Source: Ascidiella aspersa (taxonomy: Eukaryota). From it: 64,000 nucleotides of DNA. The notes beneath the pieces were generated by a model. It made no database searches, was not told the origin of the DNA, and worked only from the letters and a program-made list of their open reading frames with translations. How positions within the stretch are numbered: the stretch's first letter is position 1; each line of letters starts with the position of its first letter. The stretch spans positions 34,100,001 to 34,164,000 of the forward strand of contig OZ004607.1 of the NCBI GenBank assembly GCA_963924565.1, in the 5' to 3' direction. Positions 12,401-27,400 of this stretch are shown piece by piece. Both the position numbers and the translations under genes were made by a program.

Positions 12401-15400
12401 ACTCTATCAATGAGAAAACCTAGAAAATTTAAAGCCAACTTAAAGGGGAATCGTTTTTTGCTTCTCTCCACAAGGTGGCGACATAAACCCGGCGCATATT
12501 AACTCTTTGCGTGAAGTGATGAAATCGTTATATATACTCGTGATAATTAACACCGTTAGGTGAAAATGGGGTCATTTTTTTAACACAAAGCTTGAAACAC
12601 AGTGTTTTTTTATTTTTGCATAAACAAACGTAACGTAAACAATTATGATATACTGCCCTATAGGTTCATTCGGTGGTTATTAAGGTGTTTTGTTATTAAA
12701 TCGGGCTCCCCACTGCGCAAGCCAACGACCCTGCTTAATAATTTATTCCAGGCAACGGTGACCCTAGATTGCCCCTGTGCCATCAATATATACCATGGGC
12801 GTATAAACTTCATACCTTATGTTCATGACTATACAGCGTGAGTCATGCCCTGTTACCTGCCGGGCCGCTGAAGTATTTCTGGGTGCGTGAAATCAAGAAT
12901 TTTCTCGCCTTTCGCGACTGACTCAAACTTTGTGCGCGTTAAAATTTCATGTTTAGCATTTCTAGAAAACCGCCGGCCATCGCATTTCTCCAAGTCGTGA
13001 CGCAATAGCGGAGTTTTTTATTGCTTTGCTTGGGATTTTTTTGCGACTGCAAGCTGACGTATACTGAATGCGTCGATACGATAGTTAGACGTTATCTTGG
13101 CAGACGAAATAAGGTCAAACCTTTCAGCCAAGGCGAAAAATGCGGTTGATCGACGGATATTAAAGCTTGGTATAACATTAGAAATTGGTCAATTTTCGAC
13201 AAAATAAAGTATGCAGAATATCGACGCACTTTGTAGTTACTCATTGGTAATTGTAAGAATGAAAATGTATATCGAAACACCACAATTATAGTGCACGACA
13301 TACATACTGCAGCAATTAGAATGCTTTCGTTAGTTTTCAATTAGCTCAAAAAAAAAATGGGCAACATCGGATGACAACCAAAAAAAATCCCCAAATTTGT
13401 TTTACCCTTAAATTTATTCGTTTAACTCTTAAATTCTCCTGGATTTTGCAATTCGGAAATATCTGTCGAAGAAAAACAAATTCTAATATTAATGTTGTGC
13501 TATAGGTATATCAAAGGCCATATAGGAGTAAGTAATATTTTGAACGTTCTGGTTATCTCTTTTTTCATTTTTAACATCAAAATTAACAAAGAGACATTCG
13601 AAACATGAAAACTGTTACCTACATGTCTATATGGGCTTTGATATATTTACTACGTCTAACTAAAACCTCCGACCATTATGCACCAAATGCTGTACTTATC
13701 CTGAAGATTTCCTTCACCAAATAAAGTCAGGGTGCACTCCGCTATCAAATTTATTTTAGTTCTCGTCAACACTTCTCAAAACTGTGATAAACAATTTAGA
13801 GTCCGTCTTAAAAATTATCAAGGGCTTCATTGCCTGAACAAAACTCACAGCTGGAACAACATTAATCCTGCGGGCCAGGGCGGGTGTGTCGTGCTGTAGT
13901 TTCGAGGATATTTAGACGTGTTGCGGTTTCACTTTCATTGAAGTGTCGGAAGCTTTTCTGGGCAAGCAATTGTGTGTTGTGTTAAAAAGGTAATGAGAAG
14001 CGAACCCTGGGCGTTTATGACGGAGCGTAAGTGCTACTATACTATACTAAGTGCGTGAGTTTTCACACGGGCCACTTTTAATTTGACGTAATCCCGTGTC
14101 GAGGCCATTGTTCTGAACGGGTTGGGCCCGATTTAAACCGACAATTTAAAAATAGTCGCGACCTGATACCGAAATGACGTAGTCGTTTATCGTAACTGGA
14201 ATCGCTTTCATGTTCCAGTTAAGCTATAGTACCGAGTGTGGCGAATTTTGATATCTAAACCTATTTTTGTTATTAATTTCCTTTTCAGTTTTCCAGTTGC
14301 TCAGCGTCTGTTTGTTCATTACAGTATAACTTTTAAATTAACAAAGTATTAGGCGGTTTAATAATTTCATAAGCAAACAATATTTAAGATTTAGATTAAA
14401 GGGGAAGCCTCTTAAAAACATTTTCACTTCAAATTGATTAATTGAGAATTGTATGATGACGTCATGCTCAGAGTCACACGTTTTAGTTTAAGGAACGAGT
14501 TTTCAGCTAAAGCGATCACCGGTTAAGATAATCGGGGATTTTTCCCCTTTTTTTCAACTAAATAAAACCGATTTGATCGCGAAAGTTTACTTAAGCCGCA
14601 TAGTTGTTCTGCTGCTGGAAAAACGAACAAGTGTATCGCATTTAACTTAAGCGACATATTTTAGAACGAGTTGTGAAACTTTGCGCAAGTTTGGAAATTC
14701 CATTTTTGCCGATTTTTATCGGTGCTATAGCGTATTGTTAAAGCCATATTGAAAAACTTAATAATCCCAAAAAATCGAATTCCTCCCGAAGAAACACTCT
14801 ATTGCAATTTATGGATTACAACTTTAGGATGTTCTTTGTAGTACGACAGATTACGAATTTGAATTGCGCCTGTCAATCAGACGGCTTATCGCCGTAATTA
14901 TTCGTTGATTTTTACCATTAGGCGTATAATTGCACCCTGTTATATCTACCCAGCAATACGGACATGGCTTTGGATTTTGAGACGCGTCGCAAATTTGTTG
15001 CCCGGCTTACGGTTTATTTTAATCTGAGAATCTTTGGATCGCGTAAAATATTTCAGGTATCTTGCTATTAGTTTAGCTTCTGTCTGTTTTTTCTTTGAAT
15101 GCGAGTTTTTTATTTGTGGCGTTGACATTTCAAGTTTAAGAGGATTTTAAAAATTGTGAAACTTTTCCGGAAACTCGACTTATCCGAACAGCATTTGGCA
15201 TCAGCGATGATCGACCTACTTGACTGGTATTTAAGTTATTTGTTGGCATGAGATAAAGACGAGTAAAATGTTGTACCTTTACAAAGCCTTTGGATTTCCA
15301 AAGGTGAACAAAATGTTCTGCGTGATTGTATAGCCTGTTAATGTGCCAAGAAGCATATTATGCAATCTCAATTACACCCTTGCAACGACTAACTGCTATG

Positions 15401-18400
15401 TCAAAGATGTTTGGCGTATTGTGTCCAGGTTTAACAACTCCTCGGCGACGAATTTGCTTATACACTATTATGTATATTTGGCCACTGTACAAAAAGAGTC
15501 CAGCTCTTTCCGTAAAGCAGGATTAAGTCAAAAGTGAAAATCAGACCGTTTTTTTTCTATGGTCTTCTCCAGTTAGTTTTGTCGTTGCCAGTTGAAAACT
15601 TGCACCACTTTGTACACTTGCTGAGTTATTTCCTTTATCTGAGGTAACTTGCGGTTTGTGTGCTCCTTAATTTGCCAATTCTGTATTTACGAGTTTTGCA
15701 ACCGTCGCTAACTTGTTAAATAAATATACATGTCTATTTTCAACGCAGACAACATTTTACACCGAACGTATTAATCGACGCCTACAACTAATAAAACGCG
15801 GGATTTCCGCAAAGCAACCATCACTGGCCATTCCCGGCATAATTCGCAACTTCAGAGTGAATTGAATCACTGGAAACCTCAAAAAAGGAAATCACAACTA
15901 AATGACTAAAATGTAAACAAGTTTTTAATAAAAACTGTTCTATTTCGGTCGCTATAATCCGGGTGATTAATTGCTTTGCGGTTGTACACTCATTGACTAT
16001 ACTTGAACCACACGCGCTAATGCATTCTGATTCTCGTTTCACTGGTAGTGATGAAACTGTTATATGTAGCCTATCGCTAATCTTTTTAAACGGCTACATA
16101 ACGTCAAGGTTTCGACGATTGGGACCAAAAGTCTGTGGTCCAACGAATTGTAATTTGATTATTGATAAGGGGGTAACTTACTAAATTCTACTTTGAAATA
16201 AGATGCAATTTTGGAACGACAAATGTCAAACAAGCAGGATTAAGCCTTTGATTGCTTAAACTGTAAATCTTAACTTAAAGGAATGCAGCTTTTGTATCAT
16301 TTTTGGTTATTGAGTATTTGATTCCAGGTCATTAGCCTACTATCGAATCCTATTTTAGCAGAGGTTTATACGCATATAGGTAACGGCCGTGAAACGCCAA
16401 CAATTTATTATCTAAGTAAGATTTGCGCCGTGCTTTAATATGCAAAAAATAGGTGTCTATATTTGGTCACAGGATTGTTTTTCCGTAAATACCCAACAAT
16501 AAAATCAAAGCGAGCGTTGGGAAGAGAAAGAAAACGACGAATAAACAACAGAAAAAAGAAAAAAAGGGAAAAAACGTGCAAATTGCGATCGATTTTGTCA
16601 AAGAATTCCACGGATTTATATCAATAGGTCGCTGGACTTTCCCCTGCAGCTAGAGCAAAACCGTCACCGCGGTATTTCGCGGCGTTGCTTGTGACGTCAC
16701 AAAGGTATTTGCCGGTGTTTGTTGTAGCGATCGCGATCGGAGCGCCAGAGATCGAAACGCGAAGTTGCTTAAAGTTTGCGGTCTGGCGAAAAACAAGTTG
16801 CACGAAGCTCTAGTCATCAGGCAACAACTTATCGGGCAACAACTTATCGCGCAACAATTTAACGGGAAAGAATTTATTATGCAACAAAATATCGGGCAAC
16901 AATTTTTGTACCACAAAATAACGGGCAACAATTTATGTACAACAAAATATAGGGTAACAAGTTTTCGGGCAACAAAATATCGGGCAACAATTTTTTTGCA
17001 ACCAAATCTTGGGTGGCAATTTTTGGAGCAACAAATTATCGGGAAACAATCCATCGGGCAACAAAATATCGGACAACAATTTTGTTGCAAAAAAATATCG
17101 GGCAACAATTTTGTTGCAAAAAAATATCGGGCAACAATTTTTGTGCAACAAAATATCGGTAAACAAATTATCGTGCAAGAAACCAAGGGGCAACTCCTAA
17201 CTTTTCCTGAAAGGAAACTTCATAATTACATTATTTTTTATAGCTTTCAAAAAAATTGAAAATTAAAATATAAGCAAAAAAAATAGTTGCAGGAAAACGG
17301 ACCTCGTCACAAATTAAAAGCTAAGCCGAAAAATACTCTCGGCGGGAATGCGCATTAATATGCGTGTCGTTGGTCGTTAAAAATCCTGGGACGCCCGTCA
17401 ACTTTTGCTCTGTGAGATTTCGCAACAAACGCGCCCCGCGGCATCAACTTCTATTAATTGCCGCCGAGGCCGCGACGAAACGACTTGATTTGCCAAAGAG
17501 CTGAATTCGCGGAAGTCGCATTCTTCAGTGGGCACCACTTCTTCACCAAAAAAACGCCTAGAAAACCTGACCCCTGAGTTTACAACACAGCTAAGCCATC
17601 GGTGTCAACCAGGCCGATGTTTTCCTACGTCACAATCAGCGGTTGGCGTACGTCATAATGCCCCGCGACCCGGCAACAGCCGCCTGTTTTTGCGATCGCG
17701 CTTAACTAACGCTTGCACGCAATTATCGCTTGCCAGAAAGTGTTTTAAGACCCTGTTGACCACGGCGCGTGTAGAGAAAGGCCTTGGCTAAACAAGCAAT
17801 TTTCCCTTGTGTAATTTGTGGCACAACGCACTGTGGAGTGTGACCCTTTGATTGACAGTTTTTCTTTTCTGAAATTGTTTAACTTGTCGGGGTTTTCTCA
17901 CAACCACCAGCGTCGAAATTTGCTATAAAATTGTTGGAATTTTATCACAACAAACCCTTGAAATTTACTACGGGCATAACTTCCGTCGAAAAACAAAAAC
18001 AGCCGATGCCATACATTGTTTGCAATTTACTTGAGGGTAGTTTAGCATGGCGGGGCGTTTATATTTTATACCTCTATTATATACGCGTTTCATATGCCGT
18101 TTTTATACAGGACGTTTATATGCCTACTCTACAAGTAATAGCTTATCTTTATTCCGCTGTGTAAATGAGGTCAAAATATTGTAAATATGTACAAGGCTCA
18201 GTTTTAAGCATTTTTCGTTTGGGTGTTTTTTTGTGTGACGGCCTCTACATTGAGTCGATTAACCAGGAAGCTTTTGAAATATCGGTACATCAAGGGGCTG
18301 TCCAATTTATTTGTCTCCAATCATTTTTTTTTTCGATCCAATTACATCGTATTTTATTTCCGCTTCTGACAGACAAAATAACTAAATTCTAAAAACAGAC

Positions 18401-21400
18401 AAAAAATCGGGATTTTAATTGAAAATCGCATGAGTTCATAAATTGCACAAGTCGTGATATGACAGCACTTCTTACAAAGTGCGCCGCAGAGGACTTGTGC
18501 GACATGGACGCTTGCCAGGTGCGCCCAGGCAAATGAAACAATATAATATAAAACATTTATTAGCTTTTATTACTTTCGTTCAGCTTAGCTCATCAATTCA
18601 ACAGTTACTTTTAATATATACAACAGTGGGGCAGTTTTTTTAGTAAATTTTCAACCAAAATAAGAGCAATAATTTCGAGTTCACTTTGCTCACCAGGTGC
18701 GCCACAACGGTACTAGAGGTCTACAGGTAAAAAAAGGTTTGAATGCTGGTTTAGGTTCACACGGAGTCAGCCCCTCGAAGAACAACAATTTAGCACTAGC
18801 AGCGGAACTGTGCAGCCTTTCGAAGTGCGGCTATATTTATCGCTTGTGTAAATACAAATGTTCAGCAGAAATCGGGTTTATTGCACGCGAGATGCTTTCA
18901 GAGACTGGCGAAAAATCGAAATCTTCAAGTGCCCCTTATATCGGATCAAGATTGTCCGGGCAAAGAGGCAGTTGGCTGGAGATGGACTCCATAAAATTGA
19001 GGCGTGCGACTAAAGATAGCGGGCATCTCGGAGAGTCTAAATCGCACCCTTTAATCTTTCTTTGCGTAAACAGCACCTTCCTGGGCTAAAGACTCCCACT
19101 AATATGCGTCATATCGCCACCCGCATCGAAACGACGAAAGCGCAGATAGTATAGAAAACGATAGAAAATGGCACGACTTAATTTGCGCGCGCTCATCGGA
19201 TCAGATCGCGTGTTCGCGCCGATCGTTCGGAAAGGTTCGGATCGTTTCGCGTCCTTGTTTACGAACCGCGGCGCTTTCGTGACAAAGTGTCGTAGCGATG
19301 CGGCGGCGATAAGGCGATTTTTCACGCGATCAGCGTCACGGCGTTAAGCGCACAATTTCCGCTGGCCGGTGTGGCCAGCACCTTTGAAGGACAACGGTAT
19401 GACGCGGTTTGATCTAAGATGTCAGCTATGGCCATCTGGACAATCAGAAGCCGCTGGGCTTTGTGGTTATTTCGTGTAAGGCGCCATCGCGAATCAAACG
19501 TACATGAAAAAATATTTCGGCACTTTGGAGCTTTTTTTTGGATGGTCACTGGTTGCCTACATATGGTTACTGGTTGGTCCCTGGTACATGTGTTAAGAGC
19601 TTGAGTTTAAAGAGTTTTTTTTTAAAATAAATTGTAACTCAACTGAAAACAAAAATAACTCAACGAAAAAAATAACTCAACATAATATAACAAGCTAATT
19701 GTTTTACTTCCAAAATTGAGATAAATGTACAATTTCATAAAGAATATTTAATGAAAACGCTTTATTTAAACCCGATTTATTGGACACAATTAGGAATTAA
19801 GAATAATAATATGCTATACAGCTATATTAAAGGATATATGCATAGTCCAGACAAAGTGTCTCTCGGTGGTTTGACACGCTATAAAGTGAGGGCTTGAAAA
19901 GGGGACGAGGGCAATTTTGTTTGTTCCATCCCTGGCCCTTAAAGCAGAAACCATCCCTTATCGCGTCGTGCGTTAAAAGGCACGTTCAGCGATTTCAAAT
20001 CTAAGAGTTTCAACTAATTCTCACCCGCCAATTTCGTCAGATGCGAAATCTGTCGCTTGGAAGCCAAATCTCGACTTTCAAGCTCCGGAATCGCGTCCTT
20101 TGGTCGTTTTTTGCGCCGTTTTATCTCGACAGGTCAATTGAGGCTCACTGTCGGGACAAAAGGCCCCGCGATCCCATCGCATCTCGCCTTGTGACGTAAC
20201 AAATACCCCCCGGGGCGGCTTGGATCGGACTGACATCGCAATTAGCGAGATTTAGAAAAGGCGAAAAAGGTCAGTTTTGCATTTTTGAGTGACCGTCTTC
20301 GAAGGAATCTCGATTCCCCCATTTTTTCGCGACATTTTTCGCCTTTTTTTAATCCCGTTTTTCGGGTAGACAGAGCCGCAAAAAGGAGCTTGTGTGCTTT
20401 CGAATTAATTGAAACACTGATAAATACGTAAACAACATGCAAATCTAAATTCAGTTTCCCGTCCAGACAAATGGGAAAGAAACTATAAAAGCTGTAAAAC
20501 AGGAACGTAAAACGGGACTAACAACTTAACGAGCGGTGAATAAATAAATAACAGCGTGAGAGGTTAAACAGGGGCAGATATTTTCCAAGTTGGCAGATGA
20601 GTCACAAAGTTGTAAAATCATATACATATACAGTATATACTATAATAGAGTGATTTTCAACCGGTGCTCCGCGAAACACCACAGTGTTCCCTAAAACACG
20701 GAAAATGTAAAGCTTTATAAACTCTCGTTTGGTGTTTTGCAAATTTATTTTACTGCATAAGTTTCCACGGCTTAAAAAAGCTTGTAAACACTGAGTTACA
20801 AAACTGTTTCTTTCGAGAGACCGTTGAAAAAAATCAATGAAATCAAAACACCGTAAAGTGCATTTTTCCACGAAAAGTAAAAAGAGGTTACAACGAAAAA
20901 GTTAAAGCAGGAACAAAAGTGGAAAAATGTCGTGCAGTGCGCAAATACTCCCTCATAATTTTCACAAACTAACCGACTTTGTGGTGTTTGGGTTTGGGCT
21001 TTTGTGTTCCTTGGTGTGAAGCTTGGTGTCAAACCTTTTCAAAGCGAGCCAACCCACTCGGTCGAATCGAAACAGCGGCTTGCCATGAACGACCGATTTT
21101 ATTTATCGCCTCGCGTGCGACGTTTGTGTCGCGGGCGCGAATCGGCGGCAAATCGACGCGTTAATTGCGGCGGGCGGCGACGCCGGCTGACAGTCTGCGG
21201 TCGGCGCAATTTCGCGACACGCCGCAAACGAAAACAAATACGCGGCAGGGACAAACGAGGTGGCTACACGCGAGCGCCGTTGCGCATTTTTCGCTTATGC
21301 GTCTGTTGTTGCACGCTCGATTGCTGTTCTGGATGCAACTTGAAATTACGTTACGCCAATGAAAGCACACACATATGTGTGTCAATTACTGTGATCTAGC

Positions 21401-24400
21401 CATTCTGAAGCTGCTTTTTGAACAACGATTACGGCTTACGTATCATTAGTACACCGAAAAGTTATGACAGACTCACCAAATCTATCGATCAAAGATGCAA
21501 GCAGGACCGGCTACCAAGTTATGTACTTAGTTTGAACCATATTCAACTTCAATGAAAGATGCACACACATATGTGTGTTAACGACTGTGCTCTAGCCCTT
21601 CTGAAGCTGTTTTTTGTGGCCAACGATTACGTATAATTAGTAAACCGGAAGCCATCACAGACTATAGAAAAAGCCTTCCCTGTTTGCATCATTGACCGAC
21701 AGATTCAGTGAGTCTGCGATGGCTTTCGGTGTACTGTGTTACGACAATTTGCAGGACCCCTACTTACGGCCTGTCGGATGCCAAGCGCTACACGAAGTGC
21801 CTTTAAACTCTGTTAATATAGGCGAAACAGAAAAAAAACAATATAAGACATAAAACAAATAAAAGCGACCAACGTCTAAAAAAGGGACAAAAACGTTAAT
21901 TGCAAAAGTCTCCAAAAGCGATATAGTTTACGTGAGTGGTAAAGAAAGAGTTAAAAGAACAGACGTGTTGTCTGCACAACGACATAACTACAACCAGCAA
22001 AGTTGAACCGTTTTGCATCGGGTTCACACTATAGTTACAACCCAACTTCTATAAAAACGTTTCTGTTGGCGTGATTTTCCTCAGAGATCCAAAACGGTAG
22101 TTGCAAGTTGCGGCTGAGAGATAATTAATCATGCTTAGTGTAACGTTCCCAGGAAAGCCGAAATAGCATCGACCGACGCTTGCGGTCAATTTGGCGCAGC
22201 GGGGCCGGGCCGAGGCCGATTATGCAATCACCCACAGACAACTATCTAAGACTTAGATCAGATTCGTAGCCTTGTCTCTTTTTCGTATTGCTTTGCCCCG
22301 GCTATGAACCTTCGAAAAAAGCCCACCTTACCATAACACGCTCAACCAGTGTTGCCTGCGGTGGATCAAGCTTAAACAGCTCGCGAATTCCAACGTTCGC
22401 TTCCCGGGGTCAAGTAAGAACGAAACAATTTTCGTTTATGCCGATTAGAGGGCTTCAGCGGTATCGTTGGTCTGCGCACACGAGCGGGATTTTTGTGGTT
22501 TTTGTTGAGTCAGAAATTCGACTATTTGCAACAACTCGGATGATGTTTCTTGCGCTTGCCGCAATTTGCATTCCACAAAAGCGAAACTTGCAGCAAGAAT
22601 ATCAGAGCCCATGAAGTACACCGATGTTGAAAATGAATAAAGAGATATTTGAAACGTTCAAAGCGTCAAATACTTGTAATACTCTAGTTGTGAACATAAT
22701 GCTTGGAGGCATTAGTTCGACGTAGTAGTAATATCAAAAGCCCATGTAGAACATCGATGGTGAAAATGAATGAAGAGATATTTGAAACGTTGAAATATTA
22801 CCTACTTCTGTACCCTCTTTGATGTCAAACTAAAACCTCCAACCATTATGCTCTACTCAACTGTTTCGATGCGTTTTTCACGCATTGCTTCGCAAGAGAT
22901 TAGACTTTTCTTTATGCCATTAAGAAAATTTTCAACCGTACCTGACAACAAGTATTTGTGACGGCCAATAAGCAATCAAAATATTTGTGGGCACATGTTT
23001 TCTTGGTATAGCAATCTTGTTTTTGTATAGGCTGTTGTGTGTGTGATTGTGTGTGTGTCAGTGCTAGCGCAAGCGACGAAATGAGCGCATGCGAATGTGA
23101 ATGTGTAAATCTGTGTGTATTTGTACGTGTGTGTCAGATGTGTCGAATGTGTGCATGTGTCTGACTCGTGACGAACAATCTCAAAAAGACATCTTCAGAA
23201 TCGAAACCGATCATCTTAGACAAACACAACGTTGGGAATTTAACGTTGCCGCAGTTACATAACGAACCTCAGTGCAATCTCGCAATGCAATCGTTACTTT
23301 CCGATTCGCAGTTCGTCGCATCTTGCACGAAAGCCCCTTCTATAAATACGGCGCTAATTCCGCGAATGGCACTGCTCGTATCCCAGCCTCTTCCCCCCAG
23401 CCCCGCGGCCCAGCACAATACGACACGACAAAGCTCGAGAAATACATGTAGAGCGCGGGTCCGATCAAGATCCCTAAGGCCGGGCGACCGTGTATTACGT
23501 CAATTCGGTCGGGCCTCTTGTTTTAGCCAAAGCAGAGCCACGGCCGCTCGCTCTTTCCAAAGTTTGTTTACCGACAAACAGGCAAAGCGGCCAAACGCGC
23601 CCGGCATGCCTAGCCCGGGCCGTTTGTCAGGGCCGCGCCCCCTCATACCCCCCGCCAGACGCGACCGCATGACTCGCCCGGAATTTTTTCGGCTCGCTCC
23701 TAATATCGCAATATCTCATGCCGATTATGACAGGAGGCGCTCTAGAGGTTTTGATTGGCGTTTTCAGTTCTCTGTTCGTCCTAATTTCGATAGGAAGGAT
23801 GATAAATCGCTGCTGGAAGACTTAGCCTTGACATTTCGGGCCGGGTGTTTTGGGTTTAACGCGCTTAAGAGTCCAAAGAACGACAAGAGAAATGTTAAGA
23901 GTTCGCGGCGCTGTTTTGCAAAGAGGTGATTGCTTTCCCGCAACGGCCTGTAGTTTACCGGTCTCGGGATGTTATCCATTAAGGTGGCAGGCAGCTGTGG
24001 CTACACATGGCGAGCGTCGCCCTAATATCGTCAAATCTGCTGACAATGGCGTTTCGGGCCTGATTGGCAACTGGTCCGTCCGTTAGTTTGTGAACTATAA
24101 TCGTCGAAAGACGAAAAGACGTCGTAAAAACGGCGCCCTAATATGGTTCTTGTTTGCAGCTCGACCGCCTGGTTGTTACCGAAACTACAGAGTAAAGGAC
24201 ATAAGTAAGTTTACAGGTTAATAGTTAGGAACGCGCAAAAAGTTTAACGCCTCTTGGACACGTGTTGGCGAATTTTACGCTTCTTTTTTGTTTCAAATTT
24301 TATTTTAAAAGTGCAAAGTTTTTGCGGCCTTTCGCGAATACATGGCATTGTGTAGGTGAACGAGTGTGTGTGTGTACTGAGTCAGGTAAAATATGACGTG

Positions 24401-27400
24401 TTATTTAGACAAGCAATAACAATAAAAAAAATAAAAAAATAAAAAAATAACATTGTATTGGTTATCCAATTGTTCGCAAAGCGATATCATTCTCCAGTTA
24501 AAAAAAATAGTTCTATTTTTGTGTAAGAGGGTTCGGTGCTTTCACCCTGAAGAAGGTCGAATGTAACGAGAACAAAAAATAATTTCCAGGGATGCTTTTT
24601 TGTTTATCATTTGGGATCCTTTGTTAACTTAAACAACCTTACAAATTGTTCAGCGGACAAAAAAAGTTGAGGAAATAATACGCATACATTATAGTGAGCG
24701 TGCTATTCCGCAATATCGACACAGTTATTACTTGTGGCGTCCCAAAACCTCTCGTTGGCTGCCTGTTTGTGGCCCAACAAACAGAGTGGAGCGTCGTGTG
24801 GAGACCTGTCACTTCACCTAAACACGCAAACGACTTCGCAGCAAAACAATCCTTAACGCGATAATGGGCCACTTTTACACGACCGCTTCGAAAGCACAAG
24901 AAACCCTTTTTGTCGCTCCGTTATACGTTTATACACTATTAAATTTGCCCCTTTAAAAGCACTAATCTATACGTTTCATTTCATTTATATGTGTTCCATT
25001 TTACAACCCAAGGTGGTGGAAATTGCTCTAGGGTACTTTTTAACCGTGCAAACTGGCTTTCTATGTGCTCGGTTGACTTAGAAAACCCAGATTTACTTGT
25101 ATTTTTTTTTTTTTTTGATAAGTTTTACAACTTGCGAATCAGGTTCGCCGAGATTCCATTCGGCACGAAAGAGCTCTATAGAGATTTGGTTATAAATGTG
25201 TTGTCAATCCAACCAGATTTGTCAAAGTTGGCATTTTTAAATTAGATTTAATACCAGACACCATGGCAGATATATTTTTTAAATAAGTCTTTGTTTTGAA
25301 ATGACCTGACTTGACTTAAAACTTTTGATCAAAATTACTTCACTTGACTTAAGTCTTTCGGACAAATGAATTGACTTGACTTAAGTCTTTTGGACAAATG
25401 CCTTGGCTTAAAATGTATTTAGGAATACTAAACACGGATCTATTCATAATATTCAGTAGAAAGAGAGTGGCCCAAATAATAGATTAAAGATTCAAAAAAA
25501 TTGCCGAAATGTTTGCTAATAAAAGAATGAGTCTTTTATCTATTATTTGGGCCACTCTCTTTCTACTAAAATGTATTGTTTTCATTAAGCATTTTCTTTA
25601 TAAAATATTCCAATTTTTGTGCATAAAACAATAAACGTGCTGTGCGTTTTTGGTATTTATTAATTGGGATATTGCTCGTATTCGAACGAGTTACCAATTT
25701 TAATAGCTTGACATGTAATTTTATGACAATGGCTTGACTTGAAATTGACTTGCTCCAGATATGACTTGACTTGATTTTTATTAGAAAAGACTAGACTTGA
25801 ACTCAAGTTATCCTACAAATGACTTGACTGAGGTTTAATTAATTCCAAAATAACTTGTTTTTAACACTGTCAAACTCTGACACAACGACGAAACAAGCTA
25901 TCAATTGAACCAATGGCATAAAATACCAGCAAAGACGGAAAATGACGTTTCTCTAACTAGTTTTATTGTCAGATATAAATGTGATGTCGTTTCCAACCAG
26001 GCCTAAAGCATGTGAACGATACCCACATAGAAAAACAATACGACGCTTGACGATTTTGACCAACCGGTTTTCCCGCAAACCTCCCTGCGTTTAAATGCTG
26101 GGCTGAATCTTACACCTCAAATTATTTTCTCGCCGCAAAGGTTCAGTCAAAATAAACGCTTCCGCCATTTAGAGGCTTGTCAGCGAAGGCCACCTACATC
26201 ACAACGCCTCGAATTTTTTCTCTTCTTTCGGAGAGGTTATCTGCAAACAGTCGGATTATTATTTTCGCCCGCGCAAACTTTTATCCTTTAACACGCGCAC
26301 GCAGGCGTCCGTCTGTCATACAACTGCGTGATTGATTTTTAATTAAAAAACGCTGCTACAACATTGGACCGGTTACCGAAAACAAACCGGGCGTGTATTG
26401 AGTTGTCGATTTGGTTGATGCGAACTATGCGGGATCGCAGTTGGAAACTTTCGCTTTTGCGCTTGTCCGTGTTGTAGGCACAACATACTACGGTGCATGG
26501 AACGTCAGGGCAACGTTAAAAGTTCGCCAGTTGTTTTGAAAAGAAGCGATTTGCGTCCCGCAGCGGCCCTATACCTGCCAACAAAATCTGGCTTCGACTG
26601 TTAACTGTGGGACTCTTTAAGATGGGCAAAACAGATACTACAGCGAGGCTTTATATGGAATTACTGCAGCCTCAACAAAATGTTTATGGCTGTAAAATTG
26701 AGAATTTGACGTGGGCGTTTTACATTATATTACAATAACATTCCAGTTGCTGCTACAACTATATCATTAAATGTGCATGTAAAACGGCAACGTTTTCAAT
26801 AAACTGGAATTCATAGCCCAAACAATTTTGTAATATAAATTATGTTGTACTACTAGAATTAGGTGATGGTCGTATTTGTAACTATTCAAAAACTGAAAAG
26901 CTAAAGGACTTTTGATTAATAGCATTTTACCGTTGACGTGATTTCGCAAAACCATGCTTCATCAGTCAAAATAAGAAATGATAGTTTCAAACAGGGCCAA
27001 TTGTTTGACAGTCTTTTACTATTCATATCGGCTTTTCCTAAATACGGCATCTTTTCGACCCTATGCAGCCTTAGGATATAACCTAAATTTATAAATTACG
27101 GACACAATTATAAGACCCTAAAAATAAATTAAATCGAGCCTGTGAAAGTTGAAATTGTCAAAAAGTCGCATTGTAGTTTAAAATCGTTAAGTTTTTACGC
27201 AACAGCGATTAATCGGGTTCCAAAAGATTAGAAGCAACGTGAACAATAGGATCATGGCGACGCTAAGTAGATCAAATGCCTAATCTTGTTTGCGCCAAAC
27301 TTATTATAATGCCTTCATTGTCTTCTACGTAGCGCTTTGTATCTATTAATTGTCCTTGTTTAACCTTGATATATCCAAAGTCATTTTCTAATTTTTTGGC

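Noticed and set aside
12749-12859. Possible multi-stem structured RNA (CAGGCAACGG/CTGTTACCTG closing stem, CATGACT/AGTCATG hairpin)
   Set aside because: No ribozyme, tRNA or snoRNA consensus. It is equally explained by RFX-like and AP-1 DNA motifs.
16650-17259. Overlapping 164- and 178-aa ORFs
   Set aside because: They are translations of a minisatellite.
23168-23929. 253-aa ORF as a nested protein-coding gene
   Set aside because: Non-ATG start, R/P/S-rich composition typical of GC-rich non-coding DNA, and no recognisable domain. Kept only as an island of interest.
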